Shown here: positions 1 to 6,823 of the stretch, one piece after another
Layout: each line of letters opens with the position of its first letter
Numbering within the stretch: the first letter of the stretch is position 1
Origin: Deinococcaceae bacterium
GTDB taxonomy: Bacteria; Deinococcota; Deinococci; Deinococcales; Trueperaceae
Length of the DNA: 12,649 nt
Assembly (NCBI GenBank): GCA_040256005.1
Contig: JBDZWC010000088.1
Span: 1 to 12,649, forward strand
Direction of reading: 5' to 3'
Program-made: the position numbers and the translations under genes
The notes under the pieces: model-generated
The model's database searches: none
Told to the model about the DNA's origin: nothing
What the model saw: only the letters and a program-made list of their open reading frames with translations

Positions 1-1
1 G

Positions 2-145
2 AGCAGCAGGGGCGGGTGGCGCGGCGGCGGCAGCTGGGGCGGCTCGTTCGGCGGCACCGGCAGGGCACGCTCGTCCGGCGGCGGCTTCAAGACCGGCGGG
101 CGGATCCGCGGCGGCAAGGGCTTCAAGACCGGCGGGAAGTTCTGA
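2..145 (+). CDS. 3' end of an unidentified protein (5'-truncated) with Gly-rich C-terminal tail
   Basis: Frame 2 is open from the window edge to TGA at 143-145: SSRGGWRGGGSWGGSFGGTGRARSSGGGFKTGGRIRGGKGFKTGGKF*. Third positions are mostly G/C as in neighbouring genes, and a hairpin follows the stop. Confidence 0.75.
   Translation, partial: SSRGGWRGGGSWGGSFGGTGRARSSGGGFKTGGRIRGGKGFKTGGKF
83..136 (+). repeat. 18-bp exact direct repeat GGCTTCAAGACCGGCGGG (83-100 and 119-136) encoding GFKTGG twice
   Basis: Read directly from the sequence. Copies are 36 bp apart and in frame. Confidence 0.9.
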
Positions 146-173
146 GGTCCACGGTCTTCGAGGACCGCGGGCC
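146..173. terminator. Imperfect GC-rich hairpin between convergent genes (possible bidirectional terminator)
   Basis: GGTCCACGGTC-TTCGAG-GACCGCGGGCC fills most of the 35-bp gap between the stops at 145 (+) and 181 (-). No U-tract on either side. Confidence 0.5.
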
Positions 174-180
174 GGTGACC

Positions 181-810
181 CTAGGGACCGGGTGACTCGC
201 TCCGGCGCGCCACCTCGCGCAGCTTGACGATCAGCGGGCGCAGCGCCGCCGACTTGAGCTTGAGCGCGGCGCGGTTCACGACGAACCGCACGGTGCTCAG
301 CGCGATCACATGCACCTCGACGAGGTCGTTGGCGGCCAGGGTCGCACCGGTCTGGACCACGTCGACGACGGCATCGGCCAGCCCGGACAGGCAGGCGAGC
401 TCGACGTTGCCCTCCAGCGCCACGACCTCCGCCGGGCTGCCCGTGCGCCGCAGGTACTCGGCGGTGAGCCTTGGGTACTTGGTGGCGACCCTGCCCACCG
501 GGCCCCTGGCCCCCTGCGGGCGGATCAGGGACAGCCGGCAGGCCCCGAACCCGAGGTCGACCGGGGCGTAGAGCCGCGAACCGCTCTCCAGCAGCACGTC
601 ATGGCCCACCATGCCGGCGTCGGCCACGCCCAGGTCGACGTAGGTCGGGACGTCGGCGTTGCGCATGACGAGGACGCTCACACCGTCCCCTGGGTAGCGC
701 AGGGCCCGGGGGTCGGCTGGCACCTCGACCCGTACGCCAGCGTCGGCCAGCGCCTTCAGGGCGTGATCGAGCATCCTGCCCTTGGGCAGCGCGAGCACGA
801 TCTCGCTCAC
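181..810 (-). CDS. hisG: ATP phosphoribosyltransferase catalytic subunit, short form (209 aa)
   Basis: Motifs [60 protein letters not shown]. Lacks the C-terminal regulatory domain, consistent with adjacent hisZ. GTG start overlaps the hisZ stop (GTGA 810-807). Confidence 0.97.
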   Translation of the reverse strand: MSEIVLALPKGRMLDHALKALADAGVRVEVPADPRALRYPGDGVSVLVMRNADVPTYVDLGVADAGMVGHDVLLESGSRLYAPVDLGFGACRLSLIRPQGARGPVGRVATKYPRLTAEYLRRTGSPAEVVALEGNVELACLSGLADAVVDVVQTGATLAANDLVEVHVIALSTVRFVVNRAALKLKSAALRPLIVKLREVARRSESPGP

Positions 811-2018
811 CCCGCGCCCCCCTCGCCCAGAACCGCGGCCAGTCGTTCACGGCCGGCCTGGTCGCCCCGCACGGCCACGACACGCTCGGCGCCGGCCTCC
901 TCCGCCAGGAGCAGGAAATCGGCGCCCAACGCCTCGGCCTCGCGCTTCAGCGCCTGCGGCTCCGTGCTCACGCCCCGTGCCACCCGGTAGCCCTTGGCGC
1001 GCAGTGTCCTGGCGGCCGCGTCATCGCCCGACAGCACCAGCCCGGGGGGCGGACCGGAGCCCGCCGCCTGCACCCCGGCGCTGGCGGCGGCCAACACCCG
1101 GCCCAGTCCCAACGCGAAGCCTGCCGCTCGCGGCAGCAGGGCGCCGTCGTAGCGCCCTCCACCCAGGAGCGGCTGGCCGAAGTCGAAGGTGTAGGCCCGG
1201 AACGTCACGCCGGTGTAGTAGCTGAGCCGGCGCGCCAGGCCCAGGTCGAGCATCAGCTCCGACGGGTCCTCGAACTCGTCCAGGACACCCGCCAGGCGCT
1301 CGAGCGCGTCGGTCGCGGCGGCGCTCGGCGAGCTGGCCAGGGCCTCGTCCACGACGCTGGCATCGCCGTACAGGTCGGGCACGGCGACGATCGCGTCGGC
1401 CGCCCGCCCGCGCAGCTTGAGCGCGCCGACCAGGCCCTCGACGGCGGTCTGGTCCTTGCGATCGATGGCGTCGGCCAACGACCTCCGTGCCGAGCCGGGC
1501 ACCTCGGCGGCATCGAACAGCGCCGTGACGTAGGCGGGGTTGCCGACCTCGACCCGCGGCGACAGGCCCAAGGCCCTCACCGACTCGCGTGCCAGGTGGA
1601 TGAGCTCCGCGTCCGTCCGGGCCGAGCTGACCCCGATCAGCTCGATGCCCACCTGCGTGAACTCCCTACCCCGCGCCAGCTCGGGGTCGATGGCGTGCCA
1701 CACGAGACCGTCGTACGACAGGCGCAAGGGTCGCTCCTCGCCCGCGGCCACGGCCGGGAACGCCGCCTTCACCAGGCGGGCCAGTGCGGGCGTGAAGTCG
1801 CTGCGCAGCGCCAGCACGCCGCCTCCGACGTCGACTAGCTTGAACGACTTCTCGCCGCGCGGATGGCTGGGGTCGAGGCGCTCGAGCGCCGGGACCTCCA
1901 CCCGTTGGTAGCCCCACGCCTCGTAGAGGCGCCGCAGGGTGTCGATGGCGGCCGCCCGCGCCGCGGCCTCCGCCGGCGCCAGGAAGCGCGTGCCCTCGGG
2001 CAGCGCGTTCTGGCTCAC
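807..2018 (-). CDS. hisZ: ATP phosphoribosyltransferase regulatory subunit (HisRS paralogue, 403 aa)
   Basis: Motifs [47 protein letters not shown]. Start reassigned to GTG at 2018 (VSQNALPEG), with AGGA upstream and a GTGA overlap with the stop of the preceding gene. The track's extension to 2585 overlaps another gene. Confidence 0.95.
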   Translation of the reverse strand: MSQNALPEGTRFLAPAEAAARAAAIDTLRRLYEAWGYQRVEVPALERLDPSHPRGEKSFKLVDVGGGVLALRSDFTPALARLVKAAFPAVAAGEERPLRLSYDGLVWHAIDPELARGREFTQVGIELIGVSSARTDAELIHLARESVRALGLSPRVEVGNPAYVTALFDAAEVPGSARRSLADAIDRKDQTAVEGLVGALKLRGRAADAIVAVPDLYGDASVVDEALASSPSAAATDALERLAGVLDEFEDPSELMLDLGLARRLSYYTGVTFRAYTFDFGQPLLGGGRYDGALLPRAAGFALGLGRVLAAASAGVQAAGSGPPPGLVLSGDDAAARTLRAKGYRVARGVSTEPQALKREAEALGADFLLLAEEAGAERVVAVRGDQAGRERLAAVLGEGGAG

Positions 2019-2566
2019 GCGGTCCTGGCTGGTGGGACGGGTGCGCTGGCCAGTAGCGACAGCACGCAGACGGCCAGCTCGAAGGCGAGGAACAGGAGGT
2101 TGAGCGGGGTGACGGTGGCGTCGATGACTATCGAAAGGACGCGGCCGACGGCGACACAGCCCACCAGGAGCGCGGCCGCGCGGAGGTACGGCCTGCCGGC
2201 GGCGTTGCCGGCGGTTGACGCCCGTGGCGTCGCGGCCCACAACAGCATGCCACCGAGCGCCAGGTAGAGGCCGCCGAACGAGGCGCGGACCTGGCTGATG
2301 CCGCGGGGCTCGACGACCTCGAGCCCGTAGAGACGCACCGCCAGCAGCGGGTTCACCAGGCCAAGGAGTCCGGTGAGGATCACTACCCCGGCCGCCAGGT
2401 ACGCGAGCTGCCGGCGGGTGGGGCCGCGGCGCGTCGTGACCGCAGGCCCCTTCGACGCGCCGGCCGTCGTTGGTGGCGACGTCGCGGCGGACGCGGGCGG
2501 CGGCTCGGCCCCCGCGGCGGTTCTCGCCGCCTGGGGCTGCACCGTCCTGGGCGCGCCGTCTCTCAT
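2015..2566 (-). CDS. DUF4345-like small integral membrane protein (about 4 TM) with Pro/Ala/Thr-rich N-terminal extension (183 aa)
   Basis: Four hydrophobic segments. Motifs SQVRASFGGLYLALG and GRVLSIVID resemble the DUF4345 pattern (RAxYGG...GRxxSxxxD). ATGA overlap with the proB stop and GTGA overlap with the hisZ start. Confidence 0.8.
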   Translation of the reverse strand: MRDGAPRTVQPQAARTAAGAEPPPASAATSPPTTAGASKGPAVTTRRGPTRRQLAYLAAGVVILTGLLGLVNPLLAVRLYGLEVVEPRGISQVRASFGGLYLALGGMLLWAATPRASTAGNAAGRPYLRAAALLVGCVAVGRVLSIVIDATVTPLNLLFLAFELAVCVLSLLASAPVPPARTA

Positions 2567-3705
2567 GGGGAGACGATGGTACCACCGGCGTGGGCTCGGC
2601 CCAGCACGAGGTTGTCGCGGTGCACCGCCTCCTCGTAGTGATGCGCTCCCAGCAGCTGGGGCACCTCGCGGGTGTGCCTGCCCGCCACTCGCCTCAGGTC
2701 GCCGGCGGAGTAGTTGGTCAGGCCCACCGCGAACTCCTCGCCGCCGCAGCGCATGGACACGGCGTCGCCGAACGCGAAGTCACCCTCCACGCCAACGATG
2801 CCCTTGGGCAACAGGCTCCGGCCCGCGAGCACCGCGTCGCGCGCGCCTGCGTCGACGACCAGCGCACCGGCCACCGGCTGGTTGAGGATCCACGCCTTGC
2901 GCGCCGGCACGCCCGCTCCGGCCAGGAACCGCGTGCCAACGTCCTCGCCGTGGGCGAGGGCCTCGAGGCCGGCTCCGCCGCCGCCGACCACCACGGTCTC
3001 GATGCCGGCGTCGGCCGCGATACGCGCCGCGGCCAGCTTCGTGCCCATGCCACCCGTGCCCCCCGCGCTGCCGGCACCGCCCGCCGCGTGCCGGACCGCG
3101 CCCACGTCGCTGACCACGCTGAGGCGCCTGGCTCCCGGCACCGCCCTCGGGTCGGCCTCGTACAGGCCGTCCACGTCGGTGAGGATCACCAGGAGATCGG
3201 CGCCCACGAGGTACGCGACCCAGGCCGACAGGGTGTCGTTATCGCCGACCTTCAGCTCGGACGTGGCCACGCTGTCGTTCTCGTTGATCACGGGCACGGC
3301 GCCGAGCGCCAACGTGGCCTCGAGCGCGTTCTTGGCGTTCACGTAGCGCCGGCGCGTCTGCACGTCGTAGGCCGAGAGCAGGAGCTGGGCGACCGGCCGT
3401 GGCGCCCAGGCGGCCGCCCAGGCGTTCATCAGTAGCGCCTGCCCCACGGCCGCGGCGGCCTGCTTCTGCGGCAGGGTGAGGGGCAGTCTCACGCCCAGGC
3501 GCTCTCGCCCGGCCGCACCGGCACCGGACGACACCATGACGACCTCGGCCGGGCGGCGCGGCACGCCGGCGGCGGCAGCCAGCGTGAGGGCGCCCGCCGC
3601 GATGCCACGGAACGCCTCCGGCTCGAGACGCCCGCCGTCGCCCGTGAGGCTCGAGGTCCCCACCTTCACGACGAGGCGCCGGTGAGCGCGTCCGTGCAGC
3701 GGCAT
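2563..3705 (-). CDS. proB: Glutamate 5-kinase with C-terminal PUA domain (380 aa)
   Basis: Motifs VVKVGTSSLT, VSSGA, KQAAAAVGQ, PVINEND, GDNDTLSA, ILTDVDGLY, GTGGMGTKL. PUA region RKAWI...SLLPKGI...HRDNLV. Confidence 0.98.
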   Translation of the reverse strand: MPLHGRAHRRLVVKVGTSSLTGDGGRLEPEAFRGIAAGALTLAAAAGVPRRPAEVVMVSSGAGAAGRERLGVRLPLTLPQKQAAAAVGQALLMNAWAAAWAPRPVAQLLLSAYDVQTRRRYVNAKNALEATLALGAVPVINENDSVATSELKVGDNDTLSAWVAYLVGADLLVILTDVDGLYEADPRAVPGARRLSVVSDVGAVRHAAGGAGSAGGTGGMGTKLAAARIAADAGIETVVVGGGGAGLEALAHGEDVGTRFLAGAGVPARKAWILNQPVAGALVVDAGARDAVLAGRSLLPKGIVGVEGDFAFGDAVSMRCGGEEFAVGLTNYSAGDLRRVAGRHTREVPQLLGAHHYEEAVHRDNLVLGRAHAGGTIVSP

Positions 3706-3712
3706 GCGCCAG

Positions 3713-3718
3713 ATGTTA
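3713..3718 (-). promoter_or_regulatory. Putative -10 element TAACAT placing the transcription start at or near the proB ATG (leaderless)
   Basis: Minus strand reads cgTAACATctggcgcATG: TANNNT hexamer 7 nt before the start codon, with no Shine-Dalgarno. Confidence 0.6.
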
Positions 3719-3745
3719 CGCCCGGTCAGAGCGTACGAGGCGCCG

Positions 3746-3790
3746 TGCTAGACTCCCGCGCTAACGCTTGATGGGCCGGGCACGGAGGTG
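3746..3790 (+). promoter_or_regulatory. Putative extended -10 promoter (TGcTAGACT, 3746-3754) and Shine-Dalgarno (GGAGGTG, 3784-3790) for asd
   Basis: TGn-TANNNT pattern in the divergent intergenic region. SD ends 8 nt before ATG 3799. Confidence 0.6.
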
Positions 3791-3798
3791 AAGAGGGC

Positions 3799-4836
3799 AT
3801 GCGGGTCGCGATAGTCGGGGCAACGGGGGCGGTGGGCGCGGAGCTCTTGCAGGTGCTTCAGGAGCGCGCCTTCCCCGTCACGCGGCTGAGGGCCTATGCC
3901 TCGGCGCGGTCAGCCGGCAAGGCTCTGCGCTTCGCTGGGACGGACGTCATCGTGGAACCGCTACCCGAGGACGGCGACCTAGACGCCGACATCGTGTTCT
4001 CGTCTGCGGGCGGAGCGCTCTCCAAGGACCAGGCGTGGCGCTGGGCCTCGCACGGCGCCGTCGTCGTAGACAACACGAGCGCCTGGCGACTCGACGAGCG
4101 CGTGCCTCTGGTGGTCCCTGAGGTCAACCCGGCAGCGGCCCAGGCTCACGCAGGCGTCATCGCGAACCCGAACTGCTCGACCATCATAGCCCTCATGGCG
4201 CTGGCGCCGCTGCACCGCGCCTTCGGGCTGAAGCGGGCGGTGGTGGCCACGTACCAAGCGGTGTCGGGGGCCGGCATGGCGGGGATGTCGGAGCTGCGCG
4301 AGCAGAGCGCCGCGGTGCTGGCCGGCGAGGAGCCGCGCAACGCCAAGTTCAGGCACCAGATCGCGTTCAACGTCTTCAGCCACGACTCAGACATCGGCGC
4401 GGACGGCTACAACGCCGAGGAGCGCAAGTTGCTCCTGGAGTCGCGCAAGATCCTCGGGGTACCGGACCTGCAGGTGTCCGCCACCTGCGTCCGCGTGCCC
4501 GTCTTCCGCGCGCACAGCGAGGCCATCCATGCGTCGTTCGAACGGCCCGTGTCGGTGGCTGCGGCCAGGGAAGTGCTGTCGTCGGCGGCCGGCGTCGAGC
4601 TGATGGACCGACCCGACGAGAACACCTTCCCCATGCCGCTCGCTGCGGCGGGCGGGGACGCCACGCTGGTGGGCCGGCTCAGGCAGGACGCGGCGCTCGA
4701 GAACGGGCTGGCCATGTTCGTGGCGGGTGACCAGGTCCGCAAGGGCGCGGCGCTCAACTCCGTGCAGATCGCCGAGCTGCTGGTCACGAGCCGGTCGCAG
4801 GGCCACCGGTCAGACGCCGCCGCGATGCCGGTATGA
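3799..4836 (+). CDS. asd: Aspartate-semialdehyde dehydrogenase (345 aa)
   Basis: Rossmann motif VGATGAVG, VVDNTSAWR, PLVVPEVN, catalytic IANPNCST, YQAVSGAG, CVRVPVFRAHSE, DQVRKGAALNSVQIAE. Confidence 0.98.
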   Translation: MRVAIVGATGAVGAELLQVLQERAFPVTRLRAYASARSAGKALRFAGTDVIVEPLPEDGDLDADIVFSSAGGALSKDQAWRWASHGAVVVDNTSAWRLDERVPLVVPEVNPAAAQAHAGVIANPNCSTIIALMALAPLHRAFGLKRAVVATYQAVSGAGMAGMSELREQSAAVLAGEEPRNAKFRHQIAFNVFSHDSDIGADGYNAEERKLLLESRKILGVPDLQVSATCVRVPVFRAHSEAIHASFERPVSVAAAREVLSSAAGVELMDRPDENTFPMPLAAAGGDATLVGRLRQDAALENGLAMFVAGDQVRKGAALNSVQIAELLVTSRSQGHRSDAAAMPV

Positions 4837-4912
4837 TGGGTCAAGACCACATCTTCGTGTCGCGAACGGTCTGAGTACCCTCGCCGGCCGCTCGCCGGCG
4901 CCCTGGAGCACC

Positions 4913-5767
4913 ATGAACCTGGCTATCGTCACCGACTCGACCTCTGACCTGACGGCCGACGAGCTGCAGGCCCTAGGCGTCGAACGCGTCCCTCTCTACG
5001 TCAACTTCCAGGGGAAGACGCACAAGGACTGGATCGACATCACGCCCAAGGACATCATCGAGGGCGTCGCCGCCGGCGCGGACCTGCCCACGACCAGCCA
5101 ACCCAGCCCCGAGGACTTCGCCGCGGTGTACCGACGCGTCGCCGAGGCCGGTGCCGACCACGTGCTCGTGATCACCATCTCTGCCGAGCTGTCCGGCACC
5201 TACCAGTCCGCGAAGCTGGCCTCCGAGCAGTCGCCTGTCCCCGTGACCCTGTTCGACGGCCGCGGTGCGAGCCTGGGCCACGGTGAGATGGCCCGCGCCG
5301 CCTCCGCCCTCCGGTCACGCGGCGCGCCCATGGAGGAGATCGTCGCGGCGCTGGAGCGCATCCGCGACACGAACTTCGTGCTCTTCACGGTAGGCACGCT
5401 CGAGTACCTGCAGAAGGGCGGCCGGATCGGCCGCGCCAGCGCGCTCATGGGCAGCCTGCTCAACATCAAGCCGATACTCACCCTGCAAGGCGGGGTCATC
5501 GAGCCCGTGGGCCGCGCTCGCGGCCTCAAGAAGGCCCAGCAGGAGCTGGTGGACCGCTTCCAGAGGTACGTGGAGGAGGCCGCGGGTCCCGTGGTGGCCA
5601 ACTTCATCCACATCCAGGACGTGGCCGCGGCGGAGCGACTACAGCAGGGCATCGCGGCGGCCGGCGTCCAGTACGAGGCCCGCGGCGTCGCCGAGATCGG
5701 CGCCGTCATCAGCAGCCACGTGGGGCCCGGTACGTTCGGCATTTACGCCCACGAGAAGGTGCTGTAG
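4913..5767 (+). CDS. DegV/FakB family fatty-acid-binding protein (284 aa)
   Basis: Motifs IVTDST, PTTSQPS, ISAELSGTYQSA, YLQKGGRIG, LLNIKPIL, SHVGPG. Start reassigned to ATG 4913 (MNLAIVTDS), with GGAG at 4905-4908. Confidence 0.95.
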   Translation: MNLAIVTDSTSDLTADELQALGVERVPLYVNFQGKTHKDWIDITPKDIIEGVAAGADLPTTSQPSPEDFAAVYRRVAEAGADHVLVITISAELSGTYQSAKLASEQSPVPVTLFDGRGASLGHGEMARAASALRSRGAPMEEIVAALERIRDTNFVLFTVGTLEYLQKGGRIGRASALMGSLLNIKPILTLQGGVIEPVGRARGLKKAQQELVDRFQRYVEEAAGPVVANFIHIQDVAAAERLQQGIAAAGVQYEARGVAEIGAVISSHVGPGTFGIYAHEKVL

Positions 5768-5859
5768 CCGGCCGGTAGACCTTCGCTGCGTGCCGGGCGC
5801 CGGTCGGTGCGGCCGCTCAGTCGTCTCCGAGGCACAGCCGCCACCCGTGCAGGAACCGA

Positions 5860-5899
5860 ACGACCCCCGCGTCCTCGAACGATAGGGCGAGGGGGCCGT
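5860..5899 (-). terminator. Stem-loop downstream of the lipoprotein stop (putative terminator, possibly bidirectional)
   Basis: Minus strand: ACGGCCCCCTCGCCCT-ATCGTTCG-AGGACGCGGGGGTCGT, 14 of 16 positions pairing (one G-U). Starts 8 nt after the stop, followed by a weak T-containing tail TCGGTTCCT. Confidence 0.6.
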
Positions 5900-5907
5900 C
5901 CCGAGAC

Positions 5908-6627
5908 TCAGAACCCGATGGTGCCCGACTCGCCGTCCAAGGTGATCGTCAACGTGCGGCCGGCCAGGTCTGCTTCCGGCTCACCGGAGAGGCTGACCTC
6001 CACGTGACCGTCGTTGGGCGTGGGCGCCGTCGTCGCGACCTGCATCGCGCTGGCGAGCTCCGCACCCGTGAGTGAGGCGACGCCGAACGCGGGCAGGACG
6101 CCGTTGTAGGTGTACGCACACGAGTCCACCGTGCAGCCGCCGCGGGTGAGCGTCACGGCGCCCTGAGCGTTGAGGACGAAGTCCGCCTTGTCCGCGGCGT
6201 CATCGAACGACGCGGCGCCGTGCCAGACGCGCACCGTCAGGGTCGCCCCCGACAGCGTGATCTGGTCGGGGGCCTCGCCCGCCCCGGCGTTCAGGGAGGC
6301 GGAGGCGATGCTCACCTCGTTCGTGAGCTCGGCGGGCGTCACCGGCAGGTCGGGGATCTCGAGGTCGGGGAAGGTGAAGTCGGTGGAGCCGCTGCCGGTC
6401 ACGGCCAGCGCCACGACCGTCTCGCCGCCGGGGAACGTGATGTCCACTGACTGGCCGTCGAGGCCCAGAGGGTCCGTCACGTTCTGGTCGGGTATCAGGC
6501 TGCTGCAGGCGGCGAGGAGCAGGGCAGCCGCCGCGGCCGCGACAGCGAGGCGGATCGTCGTCCCGCGGCGCCGGACGGCCGTCCCGTAGGCGGTTGGGCG
6601 AGCGATCGAGGTCTGAGGGATGGACAT
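5908..6627 (-). CDS. Hypothetical lipoprotein (239 aa)
   Basis: Start reassigned to ATG 6627 with SD GGAGGT 5 nt upstream. Basic n-region (RRR), hydrophobic h-region and lipobox LAAC. Mature part is acidic, Thr/Gly/Ala-rich with alternating beta-strand patterns. Family not recognised. Confidence 0.85.
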   Translation of the reverse strand: MSIPQTSIARPTAYGTAVRRRGTTIRLAVAAAAAALLLAACSSLIPDQNVTDPLGLDGQSVDITFPGGETVVALAVTGSGSTDFTFPDLEIPDLPVTPAELTNEVSIASASLNAGAGEAPDQITLSGATLTVRVWHGAASFDDAADKADFVLNAQGAVTLTRGGCTVDSCAYTYNGVLPAFGVASLTGAELASAMQVATTAPTPNDGHVEVSLSGEPEADLAGRTLTITLDGESGTIGF

Positions 6628-6643
6628 GTCGCACCTCCAGTAG

Positions 6644-6699
6644 GCAGCGCTGGCTGAACGGTAACGCGCCCGTGCGCGTGTGGGCAGCCGTGGCGCTGC
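6644..6699 (-). promoter_or_regulatory. Long interrupted stem-loop immediately upstream of the lipoprotein SD
   Basis: Three nested perfect helices: 6644-6650/6693-6699 (7 bp), 6652-6656/6685-6689 (5 bp), 6664-6669/6674-6679 (6 bp, 4-nt loop). Function not established. Confidence 0.45.
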
Positions 6700-6823
6700 G
6701 ACAGTCAGGAACGTGGCCCGGGCAGGTGAATCGCCGGGGTCGCTCGGCAACAGACTAGCGCAGCCCGGCCCCAACCCCAGCGGTTCCCACGCGGAAGAAC
6801 GCTGACTGGCACGGTGGTGCCGG

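Noticed and set aside
83..136. 18-bp repeat considered as a CRISPR remnant or att site
   Set aside because: Only two copies with an 18-bp spacer, in frame inside a coding tail, with no cas or integrase gene nearby.
2019..2585. 592-aa version of HisZ (807..2585) suggesting an N-terminal fusion
   Set aside because: The extra part is Arg/Pro-rich off-frame translation overlapping the DUF4345-like gene. HisZ homology starts at the GTG at 2018.
4727..4912. Upstream extensions of DegV (from 4727), subunit II (from 8379) and subunit III (from 11257) in the ORF track
   Set aside because: They lack family similarity and overlap other genes or promoters. Better SD-supported starts exist at 4913, 8454 and 11431.
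6700..6810. Fragments reminiscent of c-di-AMP (GGTGAATC) or cobalamin riboswitches on the plus strand, plus a CAGC-GTTC/GAAC-GCTG hairpin at 6778-6804
   Set aside because: Only isolated words match and the other conserved blocks are absent. An Rfam scan would be decisive.
6806..6821. Sigma-54-like TGGCACG...TGC before comM
   Set aside because: GG-to-GC spacing is 9 nt rather than the required 10. The segment is just as well a small GGCAC/GTGCC inverted repeat or a weak -10 for a leaderless start.
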